In this document: positions 35,809-48,193 of the stretch, one piece after another
How positions within the stretch are numbered: position 1 is the stretch's first letter
Layout of the letters: every line of letters begins with the position of its first letter
NCBI GenBank assembly: GCA_022813865.1
Contig: JALDZX010000019.1
Coordinates: 248,001-312,000 of the forward strand
Direction of reading: 5' to 3'
DNA from: Xylographa opegraphella
Lineage: Eukaryota
Length of the DNA: 64,000 bases
Translations under genes and position numbers: made by a program
Notes under the pieces: model-generated
Databases searched by the model: none
What the model was told of the DNA's origin: nothing
What the model saw: only the letters and a program-made list of their open reading frames with translations

Positions 35809-36690
35809 CTATTCGTCTCCATTCCCTTCCTCGTCCTCTTCTTCGTCTCCTTCCTCCTCCGCCTCTTCTTCGTCTCCCGCATCGGCACCCCCCGTCCCAT
35901 TCGCAGCAGACGATCTCCGCCCCGACCTCCTCCCCCCCCGCTCCGCCTCACTTCCCCCCGGCTCCCCGTCCCCCTCGCCTGCCTCGCCCTCACCCCCCAC
36001 CCTCCCCACCTTCCCCACCCCCAAACTCTTCTCCAGCCTCCTCTCCAACCCCTCCACCTCCCCCCTCCTCCCCCCGGCATACACCCCCTTCACCAGCCCC
36101 GCAACCCCCACCTCCCCCACCTCCACCCTCCCCCTCGGCCCGACCACCCACTCCACGCTCTCCTCCCCGCCCGCCTCCCTCTCCCTCACCCTCACCACAT
36201 ACCCCTCCCTCTCCATCCGCTTCAACACCCTCTCCGTCTTCTCCCCGCCCACATACTCCCCCGCATTCACCCTCCGCAGCGCCCTCTCCAGTCTCGACTC
36301 ACTGCACCTCCCCCCCTCACTCAGATAAATCACACTCACGACGAACGTGTACAGGCCCACATACGCCGCCTCGGGCGCCGCGCTGGGGATCCTCGGCGGC
36401 GCCAGCACGGCCGGCGCCCGCAGCGCCGCCGGCAGCGTGGACGTGAGGATCCAGCCCGTGGGCGCGCCCGACGCGTTCCCCTGCGACGCGCCCGTGGCGC
36501 GCTGCGCGGCCCGCTTCTGCGACACCGTGATCTTTTCTTTGCTCGGCAGCGCCGTGAGCGTCATGCCGAAGGTGTCGCGCAGCGCGGCCTGCGCGGCGGC
36601 GAAGACGGGCTTGAAGGCGCGTGTGGACGTGGCGCCGAAGACTGCGGAGCGGTTAGCGGGCGAGGGAGAATTGCCTCGTGGCCTTGCGCT

Positions 36691-36752
<62 letters not shown>

Positions 36753-37123
36753 NNNNNNNNNNNNNNNNNNNNNNNNNNNNNNNNNNNNNNNNNNNNNNNN
36801 NNGGAGGTGTACCTTTGGCGTTGATGTCCGCCCGCCGCAGGGGCTGCCGCGCGTATTCGCTCGCGAGCGCGAGCCGCACGAGGTTCTTGACCATCTGCTC
36901 GTGCGAGCTGGCGGCGCTGTTGTGGGTGTCGCCATCGGGGTGGGTGGATTCGTTGGAGGAGGCGGGGGAGGAGGCGCGGGAGGAGGGGGTCTGTCGGCGG
37001 CGGGCGGGCGGAGGGGAAGGGGAGGCTTCGGCTGGCTGGGAGGAAGTCAATGAGATGGAGCAGGATAGGTTGGGCGGGGAGAGGTGAGGGACTTACTGCA
37101 CGGCGTTTGCGCACGAGCGGCAT
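35809..37123 (-). CDS. NSE3: MAGE-domain subunit of the Smc5/6 complex
   Basis: EQMVKNLVRLALASEYARQPLRRADINAK|VFG...FKPVFAAAQAALRDTFGMTL...LKRMEREGYV...EWVVGPRGRVEVG. Two introns; the second contains the poly-G and N gap. Confidence 0.85.
36691..36802. other. 62-nt G homopolymer followed by a 50-N assembly gap
   Basis: G at 36691-36752 and N at 36753-36802, inside NSE3 intron 2. Confidence 0.97.
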
Positions 37124-37390
37124 CGTTATTTTTTGACGTTGTGGTTTCGATGGAGGAGCGCGTCGAAGGGGACGCGTTAAAGTGGCTAGCGCCCGACGAG
37201 GCCTCACTTGTTGTTATCATGTGGTCCGTGCGCTCTACAAGTACTTGGCAATGTCCCGGCAGTATTTCTCGTGTCGAAGAATTATCATCATTTCATTTGT
37301 CCTAAGTCGACAAGCTGTCAATAAGTTTAAGATGCCAAATGCCATGCCCACGATCAATAAATACAGACATCAAAGACCAAAGCCTCGTTC

Positions 37391-39017
37391 CTACACTTTC
37401 TCGTCACTACTGATCACCGGACGCACAGCGGAGGTAAACTGAGGACGGGACGTATTGCCTTGCGCCGGGCTCTCAAAGCCGGCAGGTTGGTGTGGCGGTC
37501 TCTTCCGCAAGAAACTCCCTTTCGAGTCCCTCGAGGCGCTGCTTCCGAATTTACCAAAACTACGGGGAAGGGCCCAGGCTTTACTCCGAGCTCGCGTATG
37601 CTCATAGCCACCGTAGGGCTTCGTCCAGAAGGAAAACTGTGACAGCCACGGGAGCCAGGCCACGAGGTACCTACGGAGCGCACTTCTTCGGATGGAGACC
37701 ACATTGTGATCTTCGTCGTGACCGAGAATGGCTGTTCCGGGTGTAATGGGAGACTGCGTCGACGACGAAGGGACTTCCTTCGCATAGATCTGTGATTTTT
37801 CATCGCCACCTTGCAGCTCGACCTCCCGAATCTTATTTTCCGCCGAGAGATTCCCATGAGCGTCCTCTGGAGGAGCGGTTGCGCTTTCGCCTTGCTCTTT
37901 GTTTTCGGGGTCGTAGAAGGACCAGGCCAGGAGGAAAAGGATCCGGATAAGGCCGAAGGCTCCAATGAGCATCGGTAGGAGCTGAGCAGGGTAAAAGGTA
38001 TCTACAAGGTTGATAACATTTCCAACCCTGTTGTAGTTGAGAGTCATCTCGACCATCAGCACCGCAAAGATCATCCAGATAAGGTTGCCGATGCTGAGAA
38101 CCTTGAAGAGAATGTCGAGCCTTTGAGATATTCGTCAGTGCTACTGAATTCATATGGTCGGATCATGCTTGAAAGCGCGCATGAATGAATCATACGTACT
38201 CGTTGTGGGAAAGCCCGGTCTCATATATCACAGTCTCGAAGACTGGTTTCTTCTGGTTCAAGACGTGTACGATGTGGTGGAGGCGCTCTATAGCGGCAGC
38301 GAGAATCATCAATCCATAATACGCGGTGGAGCATATCGTCATTATAATATAGAAATATCGGATACCACCGTAGACTCTTACTTTAGCGAAGAAGAAGGTC
38401 TGCAGGGGATAGCATTGGCAGGATATCAGGTCCTCAGTGTCAGGGTTGAGGGGTATCTGCAAGCCATCTGAGACACCATCAGTCCAAAACCAAATGCCAT
38501 AAGCGCTGATTGCCAAGGCGAGGACAAGTCGACAATGTGTTCCAAAGCGCCCGAAGTGCCGGATTCCCATCGGACCTTCATGGTGGTAGTGCCTTGTTCT
38601 ATAGCCCCAGAAGCTGAGGCAGCCGAAGAGATAGCCAGAGCTTAGGTGCATTAGAATAAGACCGTCTATGTACGACAGTATGCCCTGACGGGTACTGTAG
38701 AAGATCGAAGCCATGAGCGAGAGAAGAAACATGGTGTTCGCATCCAGGGCCGAGGCAATTTCTTCGGGAAGAAAGACATTGGCGATCCACGAGGTGAGCC
38801 AGGAAAAGTAGACACCGAGACGAACACCAAAGCCGTAGTAGTCGCCGCCAAATTTGGAGGAGCAATCAAGGTCTGGATCAATGACCGTCATATTACAATA
38901 CCCTCCGTATCCATCTGCGGTCCGGTTGGGATACGCCGCGGACGAGTCTGCGGACACAAGAAAGGAAAAGAGTGCAACGAGCACCAGCAGCGGTGCAACA
39001 CCAAGCTTCATTGCCAT
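37391..39017 (-). CDS. Uncharacterised fungal multi-pass membrane protein with signal peptide
   Basis: Signal peptide MKLGVAPLLVLVALFSFLVSA, DYYGFGVRLGVY motif, about 7 TM segments, VEMTLNYN, AQLLPMLIG; one intron at about 38121-38197. Confidence 0.8.
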
Positions 39018-40747
39018 GATGCTAGAATTCGTAGAAAAGAAGACGTGACAACAAGCATGAAGAGAAGAAGATAATAAATTGTTCTACAAATTTTGATCAC
39101 TCACAGTAAGACGATCTGCGCAAAGACCGCTGCGACTGGCGTCCAGTGCCGTGGCACTGCTTGAAGCCAGTACCGGATAGACCGAAGGCAGTCGAGAAGG
39201 TCGCCGGCATGACTTAGGCAGATTCCAGGTTGGCATGTCCACCACGGACTCGATGGTCGTGCGCCCCGTAAGACTTAGTGCTGATAGACTGTGCAATTGA
39301 AGGTGAACTGTCTTGTAGCGATGTTCGGTGGCGCATCACCCGCAACTTCTGTTCCAAGAAACGCTCGTGGTAAGTCTTGCAGCAGGACGAATGAGAGGCA
39401 GCGGATCGGACCACAGCGCCCATGACCCAGCGGCGAGAAACATTTGCTGTGGTCTAGATTCTGTACTAAATTGTTTCCAGCCTCCGCGCCGGTCGCGACG
39501 AGGCCTAACTAGGGCCCAGCTGAAGAAACGGCCTATTGTACGGCCAATCACCGTGGAGGCTCGAACTGGATGTTCGAGCCCTTGACAGCTCCCTCGCTTA
39601 CGCTCCGTACAAGTTGACGATAAGAATGTCCAAAGCAGCCTCGCCCAGACTTCCGCTGTCCAGTACGACTTCTGTACGGAGGTATATCGACTGATGATGG
39701 GGTTGTGTAATACCGGATAGCCATGACTCCAAGCAAGGATCCTAATCGTGAGGGTTGTCCAGTCAACGGAGCCCTTTGTTGAAGCTGGTTGGACGAGTCA
39801 GCTATTTCCTTGACGCATCGTTATACACATCTGGTAAAGGCTAGATGACTGTTCATTTTCCGTTCCAGTACGCCGAAGTAACGATATCCACAAGATGCTT
39901 GCAGGGGATGGGAGTCACTGCCAGATCATTTGATGCATGATACCATTCGAATGTTATTGTGTGGGTAAAAACCCTGTGCTTTATCGTAAGCTTACAACAT
40001 TCTAAGACCACTCTTACTGCCTATAAATATTTCAAGAACGTTCCTACATTGGTCTACCATCATGCATCGCACTGAAGTCTCGGCTGATCCGAACTCTGAG
40101 TCCAACGGCGGCTTTTGCTTCCAACTCCTGGCCTACTTTGAACCATGACAAACAAGGCCGACCCAGATACCTGTGATTCACACAACGTCTGACTGTTCAA
40201 GCAAAATCCTTGGGCGGATGATAGTTACGACCGGTACTTCCCATCCTGCCACTTTCCAATGACAATAGCTTCAAGGACGTTGATCGACGATAGTGATCTT
40301 CGGACAGAGTAGGCGGTTGAAATCATGCTTTGCACCATGAATAGTTGATACTAGAGACAGGAACACAAGGACATGCAAAACGAATTGCAGTGTGATACGA
40401 TGAAACACTCGAGGCTATTTCCATCTCAACTTGTGCTCGACGGCAACGTTCTTAGTAGATAGATCATACAGCGATACCACCAGCCGTCAAAACGATACGT
40501 AAGCCCTATCTATGTCACATAAGCTTTGCCTTCCAGCTCACATCCCGGGCTTCCATCCCACAATGTATACGACGGGCCCTTACCCCTATCGCCCCGAACT
40601 CCAGATGCCATCAAAAATACCCAGAAAAAATCACCGTTCTCTCTCGCTGTTGCACGTGTCTCGTCGCTTGCTACATAGCCCCTGTGCCATAACCCATTCC
40701 TCGTTCAGAGCCTTCGCGTTGGGCACAGAATATGTTGGCCCAGGGTA

Positions 40748-41204
40748 TCAATACAGACTCCTGGCAGCTTCACGTCGAGCAATGCGATCTTGTGCCCCTT
40801 GAAACCCTATCAGATTTAGCTATTGCCTTGATTAAACCGACTGCATGCCTTCAATCATGGAGAGACTTACCGTCATTCGAGAGAAGACCGCGCTCGAGCA
40901 ACAAATCGTTCGCACGCCTCTGCACACTTTTCCCACCTTTCTTCAAGGCCCACTGAGGTGTATTCGCGATCTTGAGCGGGTTGAAGCTGGGTTTCTGGCC
41001 ACCCGGGCTACACTCGATATGGAGGCCTTTGACGGAGCTGCAGGGTACCATGGGTTCGCGCTCGAAGTGCTGCTTGTTCGTGGAGTGCTGGCCTAGGTAA
41101 GGAGAGGCTGAAACGACGGAGATGGTGGAGTAGGAGAGGAGGCATAGGTAAAAGGCGATGGCGAGGGAACAGAGCGTTGCTCGGTTGATGTGATGGCTGA
41201 CCAT
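40748..41204 (-). CDS. Small secreted protein / possible peptide precursor (about 130 aa)
   Basis: Signal-like ATLCSLAIAFYLCLLSYSTISVVSASP; intron 40807-40870 (GTAAGT...GCTAAA...TAG) adds GFQGAQDRIARREAARSLY*. Confidence 0.6.
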
Positions 41205-42454
41205 TCTGCTTGGTATAGGGGAGAAATGTACTGGATGGAGATGCGAGCAGGTAGGAAGTTGCACAGCAACCAATCTATCTGGGATCAAAAGTAAATTCAG
41301 AATTTAGAATCTTGAACCCTTTAGATATCTTGATTTTCTTGACTCTTTTGTAGTAGATCGTCTGCTAAGGACTTTGAACATAACTGTCCAACATCGCTGC
41401 TGTGCCTGAAGGCAATGTGGAAGGAGGATGCTAACATGTAATGCTTCTGACTTAACCTGTCCAATATACATAAACCCGTATGAAAGATGCCTGTGACGTT
41501 TGCAGACAGTCATATAATGCCATGACAATCTCACAATCGGGAAGCATCACCCTTGAACTGAGTTGTGGACCGCAAGCAAGACCTGGGTCAAATAGAACAG
41601 TCTGTGATGGGGATAGACATCAGACAGCGCATGAAACGCATGATTTGTGCCATCGCAAGGAGATATGATACGTCGACACCTTTGTTAGGTTTGAGGTCAA
41701 GGAACATTTGCTATAGATGTTAGTTGGAGCAGTCGGACAATACGTATGCATATAGAATACAGTAAACCGGAGGTCAAAGTGCATCAAGAACATCAACAGC
41801 AATCGGACGATCGTTTTCGCATCAAATGTTTACGACATAGACACGAATGATCCACGTTCGCAGTGGAACCTTATCCTAAAGAATTGTTGCTAAGAAGAAT
41901 ATCGTAGCACAAATGTTGGGTAAAGGTTGCGGATTTGCGGCGTGACTGTCGGAGACAACGACTGTCCATAAACCGCAACCGATATGAATACGAGCATCTT
42001 GTTGGATTCTCGCACTGGCCAAAACAGTGAACACGACACCGAGCAAGATCCTTAGATTGTTCAGCTTGAAAGCCGAATTTACGAAGATGGGGAACGGGGA
42101 ACGGGGAACAATCTGAATAGGTCTCAGTGCAGAAAGGGAGACAGGGATAATAGCGATCGCTTCTCGTATGCAACCAGCTCATTATTGGAAGAAGTCTTGA
42201 GTTTCGTCGTTGAGCCGTATTGCTGATTACGTTGCTGCAGCACGAGTACGCTGGAAAGACTTCTCCAAGAAGATGTTGGACGTCTGCAGATAGGTAGATA
42301 TCTGACAAGATGGAATATGTGACTATTGTCCAGAACCAAATATACAATCCTCTGACACATGCTACTAAGCCTTGGTTGGCTATGTAATGCTCGGCGCAAA
42401 GGTTTCCACCCAAGAAGTAGTCTGTATCATCCCGATCTGGACGATCTCCCTCAA

Positions 42455-43391
42455 TCACTTCTTCGCGTCGGCCTCTTGCCCTTTCATGACCCATTTACTC
42501 GCCTCTCTTGCCGAACTCTCCGCCAGCTCCTTATTGGCGGCCAACTCCTGCATACGGTCCCGGTCAGGAATATTCCGCCCCTTGTTCACAGCGGGCCGTT
42601 CCAACATCCTTGCCTCCCACGCCTTCAAGTGCGGAAACTCATCGATGTCGATCCCTGCCCAGAATGCCGCGTGTACCCAGCCCCAATGCGCAATGTCCGC
42701 GATTGTGCACTTGTCACCGACCATATATCCTGAGGTCGATTTTGCAAGCTGCTTTTCCAGTACGCCATATAGGCGGCGAGTCTCATTCTGATATCGGTCG
42801 ACGCCGTATTGAATCTTCTCTGGAGCGTAGCGGTGGAAGTGGTTGGCTTGACCCTGCATGGCTGTCAACGTTCTGCTCGATGCTTCAAGCTCTGGGTGCT
42901 TGTGTAAGGGCGAATAATTGGTACCTGCATGGGCCCCACACCGGCATTCATGAAGAACAACCAGTTGTTCACTTCATATGAGAGACGAGAACCTTTCGGA
43001 TAGCTGATCAGGTGTTTGGTGTCATACTGCTCGACCAAGTACTGCATTATAGAGCCGGACTCGAAGAGCCGAATCTGCTCTCCGTCGGAGAAGGTGTCGG
43101 TGAGGGCGGGTATACGGCCATTTGGGTTGATTTCCAGAAACCAAGGTTCTTTCTGAGTGTTCTTCGCCATGTCAATCTTGACGGTTTTGTAGGGCAGTCT
43201 GAGCGTTGCAGCAGTGTCAGAGTGCTATTCATTGCGAGGAAGAAGATATAGATGGGTGGGGGAGCTGAATGGCAAGGAAAAGCGGATTACCCGAGCTCCT
43301 CAAGAGTGATGGGTATCTTGATGCCATTGGGAGTGCCGGACGAAAAGAGGGTGATGTCAGGTACTCTTTCAGTGTCGAAGACCACGGCCAT
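42455..43391 (-). CDS. Glutathione S-transferase, Ure2/Gst2-like
   Basis: GTPNGIKIPITLEELG, QKEPWFLEINPNGRIPAL, LFESGSIMQYL, GPMQGQANHF, TIADIA; two introns. Confidence 0.93.
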
Positions 43392-44080
43392 GCTGGGCTG
43401 GGAAGAAGACGATTGCTGAGGCACAAAGGGCGTCTGATAATTCAATTGGGTTTGAAGCTCGTGCAGGCGATTGATCATACGGAGATGGTACGAGCGAACG
43501 ATGGCAGAATAAATTCGAGGCCGAATCGATTGTTCAAATAACCAAATTAGTAAGTGGCACGCATTGTCCGGTACAAGTTATTCACCCGTGCAGAATCACC
43601 CCACCTGGAGGGGCAATTGGAGGGGCAAGCGGAGGGGCGGCCGCCGGGGCTCGCGGGTCTTCTCGGAACATGAGCAGAAACAGGGCGGATAGGGGCTAGG
43701 CCATCGCGTGCCAGACATGAACCACCACGCAGGCAGGCCTATTGAAGTTGTGTTGTTTTGAGGCTTGCTCGATGAGATTTCAAGACCGACGCCTAGCCAA
43801 ACATTCTCCCACGTGTTTTATGGGCAGCCAGTCGCGGCAGATATTTGCCTGTAAAGATCAGACCCATGTGCGCGAAGACATGGACAATGTCACGAGACCA
43901 CATACCATGTTGAGCTTGTACTCGCATACTTGGTGTGACTTCTGACCTCGAGGTATGCCAGTTGCAGACATTTCCGGGCTCTTACTAGTTCTCTGCATAT
44001 GTTTTTTGTATCGATGCCGAAGCCATCGTCAAGGGAGTTTAAGAGCTTGCTCTCGAGAAGCGTCTGCTTCTTCCCAGGCT

Positions 44081-44668
44081 CTAGTTTTCTCTCCACCTAT
44101 GCCCACAGGTCGTACACTAAACCAATTTCAGTCTTGACCTTCATATCCGGCATAGAAGTACCCTACCTTGTAAAAAGAGGTCATCGGCTCGTCAGCGCTT
44201 CGGATCTGCACTTGATAGAAGAACGCCTGTGCGCCATCGCACCCTTCGCGTGGGCATTGCACTATTTCGCACAATCAGTACTCGAAGTAGAGCCAACTCA
44301 GGGGGTTGTGAGGTGCAGATGCAATATTCCGGGATTGTCGGCTCTCCTTCCGTGCTCGTTCAGAGTCCAATGAGCTGGCTTGACAGAGTGCCCCATACCG
44401 TTTGTTTTGTCCACATTGTCCCATGCGGCCTTCCCACCCATTACGTCCTCTACCTCCTTTCGCTTCATCTCCTTGCGCTCGTAGTACCGCTGGTTGATGA
44501 GGCATTCGTACGGGCAGGTTCGGCACTCGAAACGATTTTGGCCGTCAGGAAAGTCAGGGGTCGGTCGGCTGCGGGAGACGGTGAGGGTATTGCTGCACCA
44601 CGGGCAGACTGGAGTGATTAGTTCTGCAGCAGGGATGGTCCGAATGAACGGGACATACAGAGCAACAT
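44081..44668 (-). CDS. RPC11: RNA polymerase III subunit C11
   Basis: Spliced MLLFCPWCSNTL...FECRTCPY...KEVEDVMGG...VQCPREGC...[31 protein letters not shown]; three introns. Confidence 0.94.
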
Positions 44669-44963
44669 CTTCCCGCCTTCTCAAGCGCCGATGCCTACCT
44701 TCGTATGGGTTTCGTAGCCAAGATCTTCGACGTGAGTTCCAAAAGCTGTGGAATATTAGTTGTTAGGGAGATGATTATTCACCACAATTATTTCAGTCTG
44801 TTCATTCAGTCATCAAACGCTGATTGGTCACACTCTTCCTGTTTCTGCAGCTCCTTAGCCGAAACTAGCGCGTGGTTCGGACTTAGGATTTAGAGAGAAA
44901 GTGTATCAAGACAGCTCCTTCCGACATAACAATGTATGTTTGTGCCCCGAATTAGACTGTGAA

Positions 44964-46292
44964 ATGCAAGCTTTCGGTATGTTCCTCATCGTTGCCACAA
45001 TTTATCATGATGCACTCTCTGCATACGCTAATCTCCAATGTCACAGTCCCGAAGAACCGAAGAGTGAGATCTGAGGTCAAGCCTCGAGTGTACTGCCCAT
45101 GCTGATGTCTGATGTAGCCAAAATTCGAGCTAAAGCTGAAAGTAAGCTTCAGTGTACTTTAACTGCGAGCTTCCATCTCACAAATTGTTAGATTATTGAT
45201 CTTAACAACGTTCCATTGGTCTCCGGAACTTCGTACATAAAATGGCACTTACCATCCTCAACATCCGCCGAGCATCGTGGCCGTACCCTGAAGGCTGTCA
45301 TAAAGGAGCACAAAGTAAATTGGGATTATGAGAAAACAATACCGGTCCGATTGATTGTCGACAAGAATGGGATGCTACAGGACTTTGACATCCATTTCGA
45401 GGTACTGCAGGAATACTCCTCAGGTGCCAGAGGGGAACGGATATTACTGGGCAACATAAAGTTGAACCTGGCTGAGTACATTCAAGGGAGTGGGGAGACG
45501 GAAGACGGGGTCACCAGGAGGTACTTGATGCAGGAAAGCAAAATCAACAGCACTCTGAAGGTGGGATAGCTGAGTCACAGGCAACCGGGAGAAGCTTATC
45601 TCTCCTTAGGTTTCGATTTCATTGAAGCAAATCGATGGCGATAAGAACTTTACAACGTTGGTTCTGTTCACTGGGTATCTTGCCTGATACTGATATTCCG
45701 CAGACCTCCACTGAAAAGCGCTCCTGTCTTCGGTGGCATTGCAGGAATTATGACCTCCGAACAAGGCGAACTGGACGATCTTGGTCAAGTGCCATCTATG
45801 TCAAGCAAGACCCGTGAAATTGGGGAACTACAGGATATGTACCGCAGAACGCTCGCAGCCTCTTGGACTTGCCAAATCGGTGAACTACCCGCAGACGAAT
45901 GCGTCGAGGATATATTTGCAGGGGGGGACGGATGGAGCAAAAATGGACTTGATCCATCTGGGCAAACACCCCATCCGGCTAAAGGCACAGAAGATAGTAC
46001 CGGAGATGCGGAGAGCAGTGGAGAGACCAGGATCGTTCATGGACACTACAGAAGAACATCATCAGGCTTCGTACGTCATTCGAACGAAAAGCATTCAGGA
46101 CACAACAGAAATGAAAGCAAGACAAGCAAAGCAAATCGTACTGCGAATCTATTGGACCGCAGTCCAAATCTCAACCAAGGTCAATCTAGTGTGTCAGGAA
46201 AGAAGAGGACGAGCCATAGAAACCCGCACGAGGTGGACGAGTTCGAAGCACGAGAAGAATTGCGAAGCTGGGAAATTTCAGTGAGGGACTAA
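44964..46292 (+). CDS. NT-C2 (EEIG1/EHBP1 N-terminal C2) domain protein
   Basis: Spliced MQAFVPKNRRPKFELKLKIIDLNNVPLVSG..YIKW...LGNIKLNLAEY...RYLMQESKINSTLKVSI; five introns. Confidence 0.88.
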
Positions 46293-46449
46293 ACTCACCG
46301 ATTGAGGCCGTATCTTATATGCAATCATTGAAGACAGACACTGGCATCTCACCTCTATGCAATGCTCAGATCTCGAGCAACCTTCAGTTCGAGCTTCTTA
46401 AATGTATACGAGCGTCATCCAGAGCCCCAGCCCTCGAGGAGCACTATTT

Positions 46450-47650
46450 TCAGCCGACACCCCGCAACTCTATTCCGTCTACTATCTCGAAAGCTCCCCA
46501 ATCTCCTTCGCAGTCGCCATACCGATCTTTCAACACCTCCAGGATACCGACATTGATGAATTTTCCTAGTCTGCCTCCGAAGGCTATCTCGGCATCATCT
46601 ATTGTCTTGGGTATCGTAGACAAGAAGATGGATGTATCAACGAGATAGGTATAGGTACGACCAAGCGCTGGCTTTCCAGAAGTGGACGCGAATATCGATA
46701 CATTATCTGAGGAATGATAAACGTATCCATGGAGAGAGCTCTTTGTTGATATGGTATTTGAGACCACGCCGTTGATGAGTAGTGTACATAGGCTACTCGA
46801 AGTGGTGAGATGGCTTAAAACACGAAGAGAGTGCGTCAAGAGAGCGAAGGCTGACAATGAGTGATCAGCTCGAAAGATTGATGAGGGAGTTTTGGGCAGA
46901 GATTAAAAACCTTGTGTCTGATTCTTAGACATTGCAGTGCTGACTAGGTTGGCAATGTTATCAACAACAATCATCCCAATGTTTCCACCGGAGAAAGATT
47001 CTGCTTCTCGTGCACGCTCATCTTCTTCATCTTCACAATTGATTAACTCTTCCGTTCTCTGGACTCGCCGGGTCTCGAATTTGCCGGACGATTGATCACT
47101 CCTCCCACACAGGTCTCCTGCTTCGCCAATAGCCTCAATGACACCAGCGAAATCGAATACACGCATGACTTTTACACGATCGAGCATATCTATAGCTTTT
47201 GTCCTCAGGAATTCTCCATTCTCGATATCCACAGCTACGGGCACTTTCTCGTACACATACCCCGATTGCTGGTATCTCACTGCACTAGGTTGTCGTAAAT
47301 GATTGACAATGACGTCTCGTAGGCGTAAGGGCGAGAAAGAACCCGTGGTATCGATGATCGCCGCCTCGCCCGCTGGATGCGCGATGAGGTGACTTGCTAT
47401 TGCATGTAGAGAGATCTACGCGTTACGATTACTGCCTGCTATCGATGCAGTGAACCAATGCCCTTACAAGCGTCTTTCCCATGCCACTTGCTCCGGCCAA
47501 CGATATGAGCTCCCCATAGCGGAACCCTCCATGTATTGCAGCGTCAATTGTCGCACAGCCTGTGGATGCCGGGGAGACCCTTAACTTTGTCTTCGCCAGA
47601 GCTGTTGCTAGGAGTGTAGAACCTAGAATGGGTTGTGCTGATTCTGCCAT
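46450..47650 (-). CDS. RecA/Rad51-family paralog (RAD51D-like)
   Basis: STGCATIDAAIHGGFRYGELISLAGASGMGKT (Walker A), IIDTTGSFSP, MIVVDNI (Walker B), KPALGRTY; two introns; no N-terminal HhH domain. Confidence 0.82.
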
Positions 47651-48193
47651 GGCGATGACGGGGATAAGGTCCTGAGCACCTCCTCGTCAAGAACAGCCTG
47701 TGCAGTGTAGGTTGCGGATGCACTTTAGGGCCTCGCAATCATTTGCTGCTTGCGAAAGTTCGAGATGGAGAGGATGAAAATGAATACAACCATGTTTAAA
47801 TATGAATCAGATTCGTATTGAATCAAGAAATACAATCACTCAGATCTTAATAGGTCATAGAGTAAGGTGTGATGGCATTGGACTAACAACGTTTCAGCTG
47901 CTGCATACAGACGACCATATGAGCGAACAGGACTCGTTCATTTTCTTGGAGCTATGGATATCAGTTTCCGATTCTGAACATAACTGTAGAGCACTCGCTG
48001 AGAAGACGAGTGCGAATGGAGCGAGATGATTCGTCCTTGTCATCGAAGATCAGATAAGGCTGAAAAAGGCTGAAAAAGGCTTAAAAAAGGTGGAACGGGC
48101 GGATAGGGCTGAGAAGCTCGGCTCGTGCAGCTGTGATCAAGTTTCTGTGTCGGCATCTTCTGTAATTCCCAAAAGCTTTGATGCTATAAACAT

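Noticed and set aside
35792..37207. Poly-Pro/poly-Gly ORFs and antisense ORFs around NSE3
   Set aside because: They read through an intron, homopolymer and N gap, or are GC-rich shadows.
39558..39580. tRNA or terminator at GGCTCGAAC-tggat-GTTCGAGCC
   Set aside because: Isolated 9-bp inverted repeat; no cloverleaf or acceptor stem; expected occasionally by chance.
1..47650. DNA-repair gene cluster (TOP3, Nudix, photolyase, NSE3, RAD51 paralog)
   Set aside because: Spread over 47 kb among unrelated housekeeping genes; no shared motif seen; compatible with chance.
48056..48090. (AAGGCTGAAA)x3 in the RAD51-paralog/SLS1 intergenic region
   Set aside because: Simple slippage repeat with no further support.
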